Shown here one piece after another: positions 52,514 to 63,298 of a DNA stretch of 64,000 bases (within the stretch, counting starts at the first letter, position 1; the number at the start of each line of letters is the position of its first letter). The notes under the pieces were generated by a model. The model was given only the letters and a program-made list of their open reading frames with translations, was not told the origin of the DNA and searched no databases. A program made the translations under genes and the position numbers. Source of the DNA: Actinobacteria bacterium UBA7524 (lineage in GTDB: Bacteria; Actinomycetota; Coriobacteriia; Anaerosomatales; UBA912); assembly GCA_002478275.1 (NCBI GenBank), contig DLMY01000009.1, positions 18,991 through 82,990 on the forward strand. The letters are read 5' to 3'.

Positions 52514-52517
52514 GCTA

Positions 52518-53198
52518 TCAGCCCCTCGCGAAGAAGTACCCGACGCCCCGGATCGTCTGGATGATGGTGTTGTCCTTGTCGCCTATCTTGTTGCGAAGGT
52601 GGCAGACGAACACCTCGATCACGTTACTGTCGGTGGCGTGTTGGCCACCCCAGACGGCCTTGAGTATCTCGTCACGCGAGATGACCCTACCCGAATTCGC
52701 GACGAGGTAGCTCAGCAGATCGTACTCCTTGGCGGTCAGCTCGAGCGGTTGCCCGTCTGCGGTCGCGCGCCGGGAATCGGGGTCGAGCACGATCCCCGAG
52801 GCTTCATACTGACTGGTCCCCCGGGACTGGTCCACCCGTTTGAGCAGAGCCCTGACCCGGGAAAGCAGCTCGGGGATCTCGAACGGTTTGCGCAAATAGT
52901 CATCAGCACCGGCCTCGAAACCGGATACTAAGTCATGCGTCTCAGCGCGGGCGGTCAGCATGAGGATGGGAACGTGGCTTCCGTTCTCCCGCAACCTCTC
53001 CGCGACCTCCATACCCGTGATCTTGGGCAGCATCAGATCGAGGATGATCAGGTCCGGCTCCTTCTCTTCCACTGCAGCGAGCGCCGACTCTCCATCCGCA
53101 ACCTTCTTCACGGAGTAGCCAGCATGGGCCAGCTCGAGTTCGACGAAGCGAGCGATCGTCGCGTCATCTTCCACGATGAGTATGTCTGCTTTGCTCAT
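52518..53198 (-). CDS. OmpR-family response regulator
   Basis: VEDD, LDLMLP, GADDYLRKPF, TIRGVGY; start MSKAD at 53198. Confidence 0.93.
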   Translation of the reverse strand: MSKADILIVEDDATIARFVELELAHAGYSVKKVADGESALAAVEEKEPDLIILDLMLPKITGMEVAERLRENGSHVPILMLTARAETHDLVSGFEAGADDYLRKPFEIPELLSRVRALLKRVDQSRGTSQYEASGIVLDPDSRRATADGQPLELTAKEYDLLSYLVANSGRVISRDEILKAVWGGQHATDSNVIEVFVCHLRNKIGDKDNTIIQTIRGVGYFFARG

Positions 53199-53280
53199 GC
53201 ATTCCTCCACAGCCGGTCGCCACCCGGTTCGTCCCTTGATGAAAGCATACCGCACGAAAGCCGTTTGGGGGTGTCTTTGG

Positions 53281-54853
53281 TCAGCCGAGAAGCATCTCGG
53301 CGATCTGCACCGCATTCAATGCCGCGCCCTTGCGAAGCTGGTCCGCCACAACCCACATCGATATCCCGTGCGGCACCGTGGCGTCTACGCGCACTCTTCC
53401 CACGTAGGTGTCGTCGGTGCCCTCCAGCATCGCCGGCATCGGGTATTGCGCCTGACTCGGATCGTCCAGCAACCGGATCCCCGGTGCCTGGCGCAGGGCC
53501 TCCACCGCGTCATCGACCTTCACTGCCGAGGAGAACTCGACGTCGATCGCCTCGCTATGGCACCTGAGCACCGGCACACGCACACACGTCGCGTGCACGG
53601 CAAGGTCGGGCGCGTGCATGATCTTCTTGGTTTCGACCACCATCTTCCATTCCTCTTTCGTCGAACCGTCTTCGNNNNNNNNNNNNNNNNNNNNNNNNNN
53701 NNNNNNNNNNNNNNNNNNNNNNNNNNNNNNNNNNNNNNNNNNNNNNNNNNNNNNNNNNNNNNNNNNNNNNNNNNNNNNNNNNNNNNNNNNNNNNNNNNNN
53801 NNNNNNNNNNNNNNNNNNNNNNNNNNNNNNNNNNNNNNNNNNNNNNNNNNNNNNNNNNNNNNNNNNNNNNNNNNATATGGGGAATGCAGTTGAAGGCTAT
53901 GCGATGTGCGAACTCGGAGACTGTGAGCTCTTCGCCATCCAGGAACTGCTTGGACTGCGCGTACAGCTCGTCCATGGCAGCCTGCCCGGCGCCGCTCGCA
54001 GCCTGGTAGGTCGCCACCACCACTCTCCTGATCGGTGCGAGGTCGTGCAGCGGTTTGAGCGCGACCACCATCTGGATCGTCGAGNNNNNNNNNNNNNNNN
54101 NNNNNNNNNNNNNNNNNNNNNNNNNNNNNNNNNNNNNNNNNNNNNNNNNNNNNNNNNNNNNNNNNNNNNNNNNNNNNNNNNNNNNNNNNNNNNNNNNNNN
54201 NNNNNNNNNNNNNNNNNNNNNNNNNNNNNNNNNNNNNNNNNNNNNNNNNNNNNNNNNNNACCATCTGGATCGTCGAGCAATTCGGGTTCGCGATCACTCC
54301 CTGGTGAGCGAGTATGTCTTGCGGATTGACCTCGGGCACCACGAGAGGAACGTCGTCTTCCATGCGAAAGGCCGAGGAATTATCGATCATCACCGCACCT
54401 GCGGACACGACCTGATCGCGGAACTGCTTGCTTATCGACGCCCCCGCGCTGAACAACGCGATATCCACNNNNNNNNNNNNNNNNNNNNNNNNNNNNNNNN
54501 NNNNNNNNNNNNNNNNNNNNNNNNNNNNNNNNNNNNNNNNNNNNNNNNNNNNNNNNNNNNNNNNNNNNNNNNNNNNNNNNNNNNNNNNNNNNNNNNNNNN
54601 NNNNNNNNNNNNNNNNNNNNNAGAACAACGCGATATCCACATCGGCGAAGCTCTCGGGCCGCATCTCCTCGACCACCAATTCCGACTCGCCGAACGGCAA
54701 GCGTCTTCCTGCCGAACGCGATGAAGCCAGCGCCCTGACTTCGGATGCGGGGAATCCACGCTGATCCAGAACGGCGAGCATCTCGGCTCCGACCGCCCCG
54801 GTGGCACCGGCCACGGCGACCACTGGTCGCTCGGGCATCTTACTCCACCCCAT
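53281..54853 (-). CDS. asd: Aspartate-semialdehyde dehydrogenase (split by three scaffold gaps)
   Basis: [52 protein letters not shown] across frames. Confidence 0.93.
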
Positions 54854-55380
54854 CCTACTCACCACCGGAACCGGCGGGAGCGGACACCGCCGCTACCTGA
54901 TCGCCAGCCAGTCCGAAACCCTCGTGCAGCGCGCGCACCGCGGTTTCGACCTGATCGAGCGCGATGACGCACGAGATCCTGATCGAAGACGTGGAGATCA
55001 TATCGATGTTGACGCCCGCCCCGGCAAGCGTCGTGAACATCTTGGCTGCAACTCCCGGATGCGTCTTCATACCGGCGCCCACCAGCGAGACCTTGGCGAT
55101 ATGCTCGTCGACCAGCCACGTCCTCGCGCCCAACCGGTCGGCTACCTCCTGCGTGGCCCGCCGTGCACGAGCCAGGTCCTCACTCGGCACCGTGAAGGAG
55201 ATGTCGNNNNNNNNNNNNNNNNNNNNNNNNNNNNNNNNNNNNNNNNNNNNNNNNNNNNNNNNNNNNNNNNNNNNNNNNNNNNNNNNNNNNNNNNNNNNNN
55301 NNNNNNNNNNNNNNNNNNNNNNNNNNNNNNNNNNNNNNNNNNNNNNNNNNNNNNNNNNNNNNNNNNNNNNNNNNNNNNNN
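53675..55380. other. Four assembly gaps: 53675-53874, 54085-54259, 54469-54621, 55207-55380
   Basis: N runs; gaps 2 and 3 have identical sequence on both flanks. Confidence 0.95.
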
Positions 55381-56276
55381 TCCGAGACGTTCTGGATGAT
55401 CATATCGACGTTCACGTTCTCCTCGGCAAGACGCGCGAACACCGTTGCGGCCACGCCCGGCGTGTCAGGCACATCACGCACCGTCACTTTGGCCTCGGTG
55501 ACATCGTGAGTGACGCCTGAGATCATCGCCTGCTCCATGGACTCATCGCCCTCCTTGACGATCGTGCCCTGTTTGTCATTGAAACTCGAACGGCAGTGAA
55601 GCACCACGCCGTGATTGCGTGCGAACTCGACGCTTCGGACCTGAAGGATACGTGCGCCTGTCGAAGCCATCTCAAGCATCTCCTCGTACGAGATGACATC
55701 GATCTTGCGCGCATCACGGACGATGCGCGGATCTGCGGTGTAGACACCGTCCACGTCGGTGAATATCTCGCAGACATCTGCCTGGATACCCGCAGCGATG
55801 GCAACGGCGGTCGTATCGGAGCCACCTCGCCCCAGCGTGGTGATCTGGCCATCGATGGTCACGCCCTGGAAGCCAGCGACGATGACGATCCGGCCTTCAT
55901 CCAGGGCCTGGATGACCCTCTCGGCGCGCACCTCCTGGATTCTGGCCTTGGTGTGTCCCGCATCGGTGAGGATGCCGACCTGGTGGCCCGTGAACGAGAT
56001 GGCCTCATGCCCAAGTTCGTGCACGGCCATGGCGAGCAGCGCGATTGTGACCTGCTCACCCGTGGCGAGCAGCATGTCCATCTCACGCTCGGTCGGGTCC
56101 GAGGAGACCTCGGCGGCAAGCGCCAGTAGCTCGTCGGTCACATCACCCATGGCGGACACGACGGCAACGACCTGGTCGCCCGAATCCCTGCGTGCGACCA
56201 AGCGCTTCGCCACGGCCATGATGCGTTCGGGGTTCCCAACCGAAGTCCCGCCGAACTTGGTGACGACGAGCGCCAT
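54855..56276 (-). CDS. lysC: Aspartate kinase (one gap inside)
   Basis: KFGGTSV, TTLGRGGSDTTA, DVDGVYTADP, two ACT domains. Confidence 0.95.
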   Translation of the reverse strand: MALVVTKFGGTSVGNPERIMAVAKRLVARRDSGDQVVAVVSAMGDVTDELLALAAEVSSDPTEREMDMLLATGEQVTIALLAMAVHELGHEAISFTGHQVGILTDAGHTKARIQEVRAERVIQALDEGRIVIVAGFQGVTIDGQITTLGRGGSDTTAVAIAAGIQADVCEIFTDVDGVYTADPRIVRDARKIDVISYEEMLEMASTGARILQVRSVEFARNHGVVLHCRSSFNDKQGTIVKEGDESMEQAMISGVTHDVTEAKVTVRDVPDTPGVAATVFARLAEENVNVDMIIQNVSXXXXXXXXXXXXXXXXXXXXXXXXXXXXXXXXXXXXXXXXXXXXXXXXXXXXXXXXXXXDISFTVPSEDLARARRATQEVADRLGARTWLVDEHIAKVSLVGAGMKTHPGVAAKMFTTLAGAGVNIDMISTSSIRISCVIALDQVETAVRALHEGFGLAGDQVAAVSAPAGSGGE

Positions 56277-56369
56277 CGTATCCCTCCATCCGATCGACCC
56301 GGGACCGCTCGGCCGCCAAGCCTGAGCGCGTGCGCCATAGTTTAACACCGTCAACTGTCTTGAGCTCCA

Positions 56370-58946
56370 CTACCTGCGACAGAAGCCCAGTGCTTCGGCC
56401 ATGCCCTGCATACGGGTGGAGAGCCCGGCAAGAGCATCGGCGTAGAAGTGGTCGACGAGCGACGCACCCGATGCCTCGCTCATGGCCCGATCGACATGAT
56501 GCAGAATGGCCCGCATCTCGTCATCGGTACACTCGCCTGGTCCATTGGCGACCAGCGACACCTTCCCCTGGGCGACTCGAACCGGCAGGCCATCGGCCAC
56601 GAATCTCTGATTCAGCTCCTCTTCCACGTTGGATGCGAGGCGCGGACCGGAAAGTCTGCGGAAGCTCGTGATCATCCCCTCGATCAGCGCAACGAAGATC
56701 GCTTGAGCCTCCTCCTCGCACGGAGACTCCTGATCGATCGCACCCGGTATCCCCGTGGAGTCCGTCTCCGCGAGCGCCTCGACGAACGCTTCCACGACTC
56801 GAGGATCGAAATGCGATCCCGCACAGGCATGAAGCTCGTTGACAGCCCCCTCGATGGTCCGGCCTGCGCGGTAAGGCCTGTCCGACACCATGGCCTCGAA
56901 GGCATCTGCGGCGGTGAGTATCCGGGCAAGCAACGGGATCTCCTCGCCCCGCAACCCTGCTGGATAACCTCGTCCGTCCCATCGCTCATGATGATGACGT
57001 ACGACCGGTGTGATGAGCCAAGGAAACCCGACGGGCTTGAGTATGTTTGCGCCGATCAGAGGATGGTGGCGCATCTGGCCCATCTCCTCGTCGGACAGCT
57101 TGCCGGGTTTGAGCAGGATCTCCTCCTTGATCCCGATCTTGCCGATGTCGTGAAGGTAGGCCGCCATCTCCAAAGCCGTGCGCTGGTCCTGCGATAGGCC
57201 CATCTTCTCTGCGATCATCACGGCGTAGATGGCCACCCGCTCCGAATGACCTCTCGTGTACGGGTCCTTCGCGTCGACAGCAGCCGCCAGGGAGCGAACG
57301 GTGGCCAGGTAGGCCTCCTGAAGGCTTGAGAACAGATCTATGTTACCTATGGCGATAGTCACATGGTTCGCGATCGTCGAGAGCAGGCGAACGTCATCAC
57401 CAGTGAAGCGGACCTTGTGGTTCGTCGAGCCCACGGTGACGGCTCCAAGCACCCCTTCGGCTGAGACGAGGGGTACACACAGCGCAGCCGGAGCCCCGGT
57501 CAGGGCGTCGACCTGATCGGCAACCTGGCTACTCGATGGGTTGAAGATCAGGGGGCGACCCTCTCGGATCACCCATTCCGCCATCGAAGATCGCAGACCC
57601 TCGCTGTCGGGGCGCGGAGCGTCGCCGGCCCTCCAGGCACGCAACTCGAGCCGGCCCGTGTCCTTGTCCTGCACGGTCACATAACCGAGGTCGACGCCGA
57701 AGATCCGCAAGACCGAGTCGAGGACTGACTCGAGGAGCACGTCCATCTCCAGCGTCGAGCCCAGAGCACGACTCATCTCGTAGAGCGTCGCCAACTCCAA
57801 GACCTTCTTGGTCAATGTCTCGCTGCGCTCGCTCAGGGACTCGGTCATCCCATTGAAGGTCTTGGTGAGTTCAGCGATCTCGCTGGCGCCCTTCACAGGT
57901 ATCCGGATACTGAAGTCCCCATCAGCGATCCTCTGTGCTCCGGTACTCAGCTCTTCCAATGGTGCCGAGACCCTGAAGGCCACCCAGAACCCAAGGCCCG
58001 CCAGGATGAGCACTCCAACGAGAGAACCCGCTGTGACTATCTCCATCGCCGTCAGTCGCGCCCTGTCGCTCGCGACCTGTGAGACGAGCGTGACCAGATA
58101 GCCCTCGCTGCGCCCAGCGTCCCCGCCCAGTGTCAGCCTGTCCGCTGCCACGCGATAGTTGATATTGCCCGAAGTCAGAGTAGCCCAGCCCGGACCATCC
58201 GAGATCCCACTCAAGGCGGCTACCACCTCCGGTGACCTACGCTCGAGCGCCCTGCCAAGCGGGACGGAGGACTCCGACCGTCCCCCACCGTCATGCTCAC
58301 GAGTATCCTCGACTTCAGCCTTCGCGATGAGGACACGATCGGCATCGTATACGGCGAACGCATCCCCGCTCGCTCCAGTGGCCAGAGATTCGAGCATCTC
58401 GTTGTCGATCACTCGCGCCAGGCGCAGAAGGTAGACGACTCCATCGACCTCCAGGGCCCTCGTCACCGATAGGGCGAGGCGTCCATCCACCGTGGGCAGA
58501 ACGGAGCGCCACGCTGTGGGCTTGGTCCCGATCACCTGTGCCCCGCCGGCCCTGTAGTCATCGATCGCCTCGATGGGAAGGCCCTCCGACACGAAGACAG
58601 TCCCGTCGTCGCGCAGGATCTCGATCCGGTCCAGCCCGGTCGCGACCGTCGCCTGGGACAGAACACCGGAAGCCAGACTCTTGTCCAGAGTCCTCAATGA
58701 GTCCGTCACGCGAGGATCATCTACGATGAGATCGGTCGTACGCATCATGTCCTGTGCGCTGGCCGCGAAGCGTGACTGGGTGTACTCCAGGGCAGTCTGC
58801 GCGTGCTGGTCCACCCAGCCGCGGGTCAACGCGGAGATGAAGTAGACGGCGACCAGGTTCGCCGAAAACCCCACCACGACGATGGCGATGAGCATGGGCC
58901 ACACGATCTGACCATACAGACGCCTGCCGAACACATGGCGGAGCAT
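56370..58946 (-). CDS. Membrane sensor-HAMP-GAF-HD-GYP phosphodiesterase
   Basis: TM-extracellular-TM, HAMP, GAF, DPYTRGHS, HDIGK, HHERWDGRGYP. Confidence 0.9.
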   Translation of the reverse strand: MLRHVFGRRLYGQIVWPMLIAIVVVGFSANLVAVYFISALTRGWVDQHAQTALEYTQSRFAASAQDMMRTTDLIVDDPRVTDSLRTLDKSLASGVLSQATVATGLDRIEILRDDGTVFVSEGLPIEAIDDYRAGGAQVIGTKPTAWRSVLPTVDGRLALSVTRALEVDGVVYLLRLARVIDNEMLESLATGASGDAFAVYDADRVLIAKAEVEDTREHDGGGRSESSVPLGRALERRSPEVVAALSGISDGPGWATLTSGNINYRVAADRLTLGGDAGRSEGYLVTLVSQVASDRARLTAMEIVTAGSLVGVLILAGLGFWVAFRVSAPLEELSTGAQRIADGDFSIRIPVKGASEIAELTKTFNGMTESLSERSETLTKKVLELATLYEMSRALGSTLEMDVLLESVLDSVLRIFGVDLGYVTVQDKDTGRLELRAWRAGDAPRPDSEGLRSSMAEWVIREGRPLIFNPSSSQVADQVDALTGAPAALCVPLVSAEGVLGAVTVGSTNHKVRFTGDDVRLLSTIANHVTIAIGNIDLFSSLQEAYLATVRSLAAAVDAKDPYTRGHSERVAIYAVMIAEKMGLSQDQRTALEMAAYLHDIGKIGIKEEILLKPGKLSDEEMGQMRHHPLIGANILKPVGFPWLITPVVRHHHERWDGRGYPAGLRGEEIPLLARILTAADAFEAMVSDRPYRAGRTIEGAVNELHACAGSHFDPRVVEAFVEALAETDSTGIPGAIDQESPCEEEAQAIFVALIEGMITSFRRLSGPRLASNVEEELNQRFVADGLPVRVAQGKVSLVANGPGECTDDEMRAILHHVDRAMSEASGASLVDHFYADALAGLSTRMQGMAEALGFCRR

Positions 58947-59070
58947 CTACTCACCCGTTCCAGTAATCAAGCTCTCCGACGTAACCGCCGCTCTGCGCCT
59001 TGGTCTGCCCCAAGGTCTCGAGACCGTCGCGACAAGCCCGATTCTAACATCGGAGCAGTCCCGAGATGAC

Positions 59071-59106
59071 AAAACGGACCCCGGAGCACATTCGCTCCGG
59101 GGTCCG
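59071..59106 (-). terminator. Intrinsic terminator of por operon
   Basis: CGGACCCCGGAGC/GCTCCGGGGTCCG stem followed by UUUU on minus strand. Confidence 0.8.
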
Positions 59107-59132
59107 GTGATGATGCTACAGCCTACGGGGCG

Positions 59133-60080
59133 TCACTTCTCGCCGCAGCGCCCCAAGACATACTCCCAATACGCATCGACGTCGTCCTGTATCTCGGCAA
59201 GAAGTTCTGCGTTGTCTTCGCTGAGCAGGTGCTTGAATCGTCCCTGCACCTTGAAGAACTCCTCGACCGGCTTACGCCCCGTCTTGATCAGTGCTTTGCT
59301 CGGGTTGGAGAGCTTCCACTGGCCGTCCTCGACCTCGAACAGCGGCCAGTAACCGGTCTGAACGGCCAGCTTGGCATGCTCGACGGACTTGTTGTACGCG
59401 CTGCGCCAACCACGGGGGCAGGTAGCGAGCACGTTGATGAAAGCAGGACCCTCGACCGCGAACGCCTTCTCGGCCTTGTCAGTCAGGTCCTTCCAGTGGC
59501 TGATGGATGCCTGTGCAGCGTAGGGCACACCATGTGCCGCGATGATCGATGTGAGGTCCTTGCGCTTCTGGATCTTGCCCTGCTGCGCCTTGCCGACCTC
59601 CGCGGTAGTGGCCCAGGCGCCCTTCGGGGTCGCCGAGGAGCGCTGGATACCGGTGTTCATGTACGCCCCGTTGTCGTAGCAGACGTAGACCATGTCGTGC
59701 CCGCGCTCCATGGCGCCGGAAAGCGACTGCAGGCCGATGTCGTACGTGCCGCCATCGCCGCCGAACGCCACGAACTTCATCTTCTTGTCGGCAGGTATCT
59801 TGCCGGCGGCCTTAAGACCATTGAACGCAGCCTCAACACCGGAGATAGTGGCGGCCGAGTTCTCGAACGCGTTGTGGATGAACGACGTCTTCCACGACGA
59901 GTACGGATAGATGGTCGTCGAGACCTCCAGGCATCCCGTGGCACACCCTGCCACCACCGGATCGACGCCGGCACCCAGGAGTATCTGGCGCACGGCGATG
60001 GAAGCGCCGCATCCGGCGCACAAGCGGTGACCGCCCTCAAGACGGTCCTCGCGGTGACTCAGTTCACGAAGCGTTGCCAT
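59133..60080 (-). CDS. porB: Pyruvate/2-oxoacid:ferredoxin oxidoreductase beta subunit
   Basis: GHRLCAGC, GGDGGTYDIG, YDNGAYMNTG. Confidence 0.92.
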   Translation of the reverse strand: MATLRELSHREDRLEGGHRLCAGCGASIAVRQILLGAGVDPVVAGCATGCLEVSTTIYPYSSWKTSFIHNAFENSAATISGVEAAFNGLKAAGKIPADKKMKFVAFGGDGGTYDIGLQSLSGAMERGHDMVYVCYDNGAYMNTGIQRSSATPKGAWATTAEVGKAQQGKIQKRKDLTSIIAAHGVPYAAQASISHWKDLTDKAEKAFAVEGPAFINVLATCPRGWRSAYNKSVEHAKLAVQTGYWPLFEVEDGQWKLSNPSKALIKTGRKPVEEFFKVQGRFKHLLSEDNAELLAEIQDDVDAYWEYVLGRCGEK

Positions 60081-60092
60081 GTGACCTCCCTC

Positions 60093-61280
60093 CTACCGTG
60101 ATCCGAGGTAACGGAGCCCGGCGCTCTGAGCTGCACCGGACGCGATGTCGGACAGGTCTGTGTACACCTGATGCATGAGCTCAAGCTGCACGTCGCTGCC
60201 GCCCAGCCCGTAGATGTAGTTGACGACGGGGACGCGAGCTTCCAGATCGTACAGGGCGCTTCGGACCTCAAGGTACAGTGGTCCGCCCTCGGCACCGAAA
60301 GACTCGGAGCGATCCAGGACCGCCACCGCTTTCATGCCCTTGAGCGCCTCCGCGATCTCGCGGGCAGGGAAAGGCCTGAAGCAGCGAACCTTGACGACGC
60401 CGGCCTTGATGCCTTCGGTCCTCATCTGCTTGGCCACATACCTTGCGTTACCCGCCGAGGAGCCGATGACGACGATCGCCACGTCGGCATCGTCCATCAT
60501 GTCCGTCTCGACAAGTCCGAACGGACGCCCGGAGATCTCGGCGAACTCGGCGCCAACGCGCTCTACGACCGCCTTGGAGCGGTCGATCGCGTTTCGTTGC
60601 GACCTCTTGAACTCGAAGTACGGTCCACCGAGACCGGCGAAGTTGCCGTGGCTTACCGGGTTCTCGTCGTCGAGCAGCGGGCTATCCGGCTCGTACTGAC
60701 CGACGAAGCCCTTCACGGTCTCGTCATCGAGCAGATCGACCCTGTCGATGGAGTGAGTCGTGATGAAACCGTCCAAGCAGGTCATCGCAGGCAGGAGGAC
60801 CTCGGAATCCTCGGCGACCTTGAGCGAGATCAGCGTGTTGTCGTACGCCTCCTGTGCGGTTTCGGCGAACAGGATGATCCAACCCGCATCCCGCGCACCC
60901 ATGATGTCGCTATGATCGCAGTGGATGTTGATCGGGGCGGAGAGTGCGCGGTTCGCGTTGGCCATGACGATCGGCAGACGCATGCCCGAAGCGATATAGA
61001 GCTCCTCCCACATCAGAGCCAGGCCCTGTGCAGAGGTCGCCGTCATCACCCTGGCACCTGCGGCCGATGCACCGATGCACGCACTCATCGCGGAATGCTC
61101 GGATTCCACGGTGACGTACTCGGTGTGCACCCGGCCCTGCGCGACGAACTTAGCGAACTCCTCGACCATGGTCGTTTGTGGCGTGATCGGATACGCAGCC
61201 ACGACGTCGGGGGCGCACTGGCGCATGGCTTCGGCAACTACGAGGTTGCCCGTGGTGGCTAGTGTCTTGTGCTCTGGCAT
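60093..61280 (-). CDS. porA: Pyruvate/2-oxoacid:ferredoxin oxidoreductase alpha subunit
   Basis: AAYPITPQT, ESEHSA, NRALSAPINI, GLGG. Confidence 0.92.
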   Translation of the reverse strand: MPEHKTLATTGNLVVAEAMRQCAPDVVAAYPITPQTTMVEEFAKFVAQGRVHTEYVTVESEHSAMSACIGASAAGARVMTATSAQGLALMWEELYIASGMRLPIVMANANRALSAPINIHCDHSDIMGARDAGWIILFAETAQEAYDNTLISLKVAEDSEVLLPAMTCLDGFITTHSIDRVDLLDDETVKGFVGQYEPDSPLLDDENPVSHGNFAGLGGPYFEFKRSQRNAIDRSKAVVERVGAEFAEISGRPFGLVETDMMDDADVAIVVIGSSAGNARYVAKQMRTEGIKAGVVKVRCFRPFPAREIAEALKGMKAVAVLDRSESFGAEGGPLYLEVRSALYDLEARVPVVNYIYGLGGSDVQLELMHQVYTDLSDIASGAAQSAGLRYLGSR

Positions 61281-61284
61281 AGCG

Positions 61285-61611
61285 CTACTTCACCTCCGAG
61301 ATGTCGCAGCCTTCAGGAACCATGGTGATGGCCTCGACCGGGCATTCGTTGGCGCAGATGCCACAGCCCTTGCAGTGATCCAGGTTGACCCATTCATCAG
61401 CCAGTTTCTCGTCCTGGACGGCAATCGCCGAGTCCGGGCAGAATATCCAGCAGATAAGGCAGTTGGTGCAGGTCTCGACGTTGCGCCACGGCCTGTCGCT
61501 ACGCCAGCCGCCAGTGACGTAGTCGCACGAATTGCCCGCCTGCGGGATCATCGCGCCACGAGGGAACTCCTCGGCCTTCCAGGTGTTCATCTTCGAGATG
61601 TCCCATCTCAT
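61285..61611 (-). CDS. porD: POR delta subunit (2x[4Fe-4S])
   Basis: TGGWR, CTNCLICWIFCP, CKGCGICANECP. Confidence 0.92.
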   Translation of the reverse strand: MRWDISKMNTWKAEEFPRGAMIPQAGNSCDYVTGGWRSDRPWRNVETCTNCLICWIFCPDSAIAVQDEKLADEWVNLDHCKGCGICANECPVEAITMVPEGCDISEVK

Positions 61612-62183
61612 CCTACGGTCACCTCCTGAAACGCCCTGTCGACCGAGGCGAAGTTCGCATCGATCATCTCCTGGCCGAACTTCTTACCGAGGTTCTTGGC
61701 GAGGAGGTCCTTGAACACTTCGATGTCGATGACGTCGGTGGTCTTGATGAGCGCACCGACCATCGGCGTATTGGGGATGTCACGCTTGATGGTATCCAGC
61801 GCGATGCCCGACGCGTCGACGCATGCGACGCGCACGCCATCGCCGACCTTCAACGCCGCACGCACCTGATCGGGAGGCGTGCAGGTGTTGATGATGATGA
61901 CGCCATCGTCCACAAGCCCTTCGGCGACGTCGACCACATCGATCAGCGAGTCGTCGAGCACTACCACGACATTCGGGTTCTCGATGTTGCAGTGGATCTC
62001 GATCGGTTCGGCGCTGATGCGCGTGAACGCCTTGATCGGCGCGCCCATCCGCTCGGGACCGTACTCCGGCATCGCCTGCATGTACTGATCGGCCGCCAAC
62101 GCGGTCTCGGCCACGACCTTCGCCGCGGTGACCGCGCCCTGGCCGGCACGCGCATGCCAACGGATCTCCGTCAGCTGCTGCAT
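61608..62183 (-). CDS. porC: POR gamma subunit
   Basis: EIRWHARAGQG, YGPERMGAP, PNTPMVGA; start 62183. Confidence 0.9.
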   Translation of the reverse strand: MQQLTEIRWHARAGQGAVTAAKVVAETALAADQYMQAMPEYGPERMGAPIKAFTRISAEPIEIHCNIENPNVVVVLDDSLIDVVDVAEGLVDDGVIIINTCTPPDQVRAALKVGDGVRVACVDASGIALDTIKRDIPNTPMVGALIKTTDVIDIEVFKDLLAKNLGKKFGQEMIDANFASVDRAFQEVTVG

Positions 62184-62390
62184 CTTCACACCCCTTTCTC
62201 GTCCGTCGCATCGCTGCGACACGTCGTCACTGCGATAGCGGGTGCCCGTCCTGCGGCGGGAACCCACCGAGCGACAGGTCACAATAGGATAGCGGCGCGC
62301 CCGGTGAACGGCGCGCCTGCGCCTGTAGACGGTCGCAGACGGCTGTCAGCAATCGGTGAACGGTAGCAAGATACTGGAAATCTCGACCTG

Positions 62391-62981
62391 TTACATGTCT
62401 CTCCGGGCCTCAAGAGCCCTGCCGAGCGTCACCTCGTCCGCATACTCCAGGTCGCCTCCCACCGGCAATCCCGAAGCGATGCGGGTGACCCTGATGCCGA
62501 GCGGCTTGATCAGTCGCGCGAGATACAGAGCTGTCGTCTCGCCTTCGACATTGGGGTTGGTCGCGATGAGCACCTCGGTGACCTCACCAAGTCGCGCGAG
62601 CAGCTCCTGGATCCTGAGTTGCTCGGGCCCTATTCCGTCTATCGGGGAGATAGCGCCCTGCAAGACGTGATACCTGCCGCGGAATTCGCCTGTCTTCTCG
62701 ATCGCTACGACATCTCTGGGCTCCTCGACGACACACAGGAACGAACCGTCCCGCTCGGGGTCAGCGCAGATCGCGCAGACCTCCCCTTCCGCGAAGTTGA
62801 AGCAGCTCGGGCAGAAGTGGATGGAGCGCTTCACCTCTACGATGGCCGCGGCAAGGTTCTCGGCCTGCTGCGTCTCGGAGCGGAGGATGTGGTATGCGAG
62901 GCGCTGAGCCGACTTCGGACCCACTCCAGGTAGACGCTCGAGCTCGTCGAGCAGCCTGGCTATGGGGGCTGCGTAGCGCAC
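62391..62981 (-). CDS. recR: Recombination protein RecR
   Basis: [10 protein letters not shown]4 Zn finger, Toprim EGETTA. Confidence 0.96.
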   Translation of the reverse strand: MRYAAPIARLLDELERLPGVGPKSAQRLAYHILRSETQQAENLAAAIVEVKRSIHFCPSCFNFAEGEVCAICADPERDGSFLCVVEEPRDVVAIEKTGEFRGRYHVLQGAISPIDGIGPEQLRIQELLARLGEVTEVLIATNPNVEGETTALYLARLIKPLGIRVTRIASGLPVGGDLEYADEVTLGRALEARRDM

Positions 62982-62982
62982 G

Positions 62983-63297
62983 CTACATCAGGCCGGGGAT
63001 GTTCAGGCCACCGGTAACCGCTGCCATCTTGCGGCTCGCCAGTTCCTGCGCCTGACGCGCTGCCTCGTTCACTGCGGCGACCACCATGTCCTCGAGCATG
63101 CCGATGTCGTCCGGATCCACCGCGGCGGGATCGATCATGACACGCTCGACCGCCTGCTCCCCGGTCATGACGACCTTGACCATGCCGCCGCCGACCGAGG
63201 CCTCGACCCTCTCCTCGGCGAGTTCGGCTTGCACGCGGGCCATGTCCTGCTGCATCTTCTGGGCCTGCTTCATCATGTTGCCCATGTTCGGCTTCAT
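62983..63297 (-). CDS. ybaB: YbaB/EbfC nucleoid-associated protein
   Basis: [26 protein letters not shown]; between dnaX and recR. Confidence 0.93.
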   Translation of the reverse strand: MKPNMGNMMKQAQKMQQDMARVQAELAEERVEASVGGGMVKVVMTGEQAVERVMIDPAAVDPDDIGMLEDMVVAAVNEAARQAQELASRKMAAVTGGLNIPGLM

Positions 63298-63298
63298 C

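Noticed and set aside
53281..54853. asd as a frameshifted pseudogene
   Set aside because: All frame changes fall at N-gaps of arbitrary length
62302..62363. CGGTGAACGG repeated upstream of porC, similar to the LytTR boxes
   Set aside because: 52-bp spacing and opposite orientation relative to the gene; too weak to call
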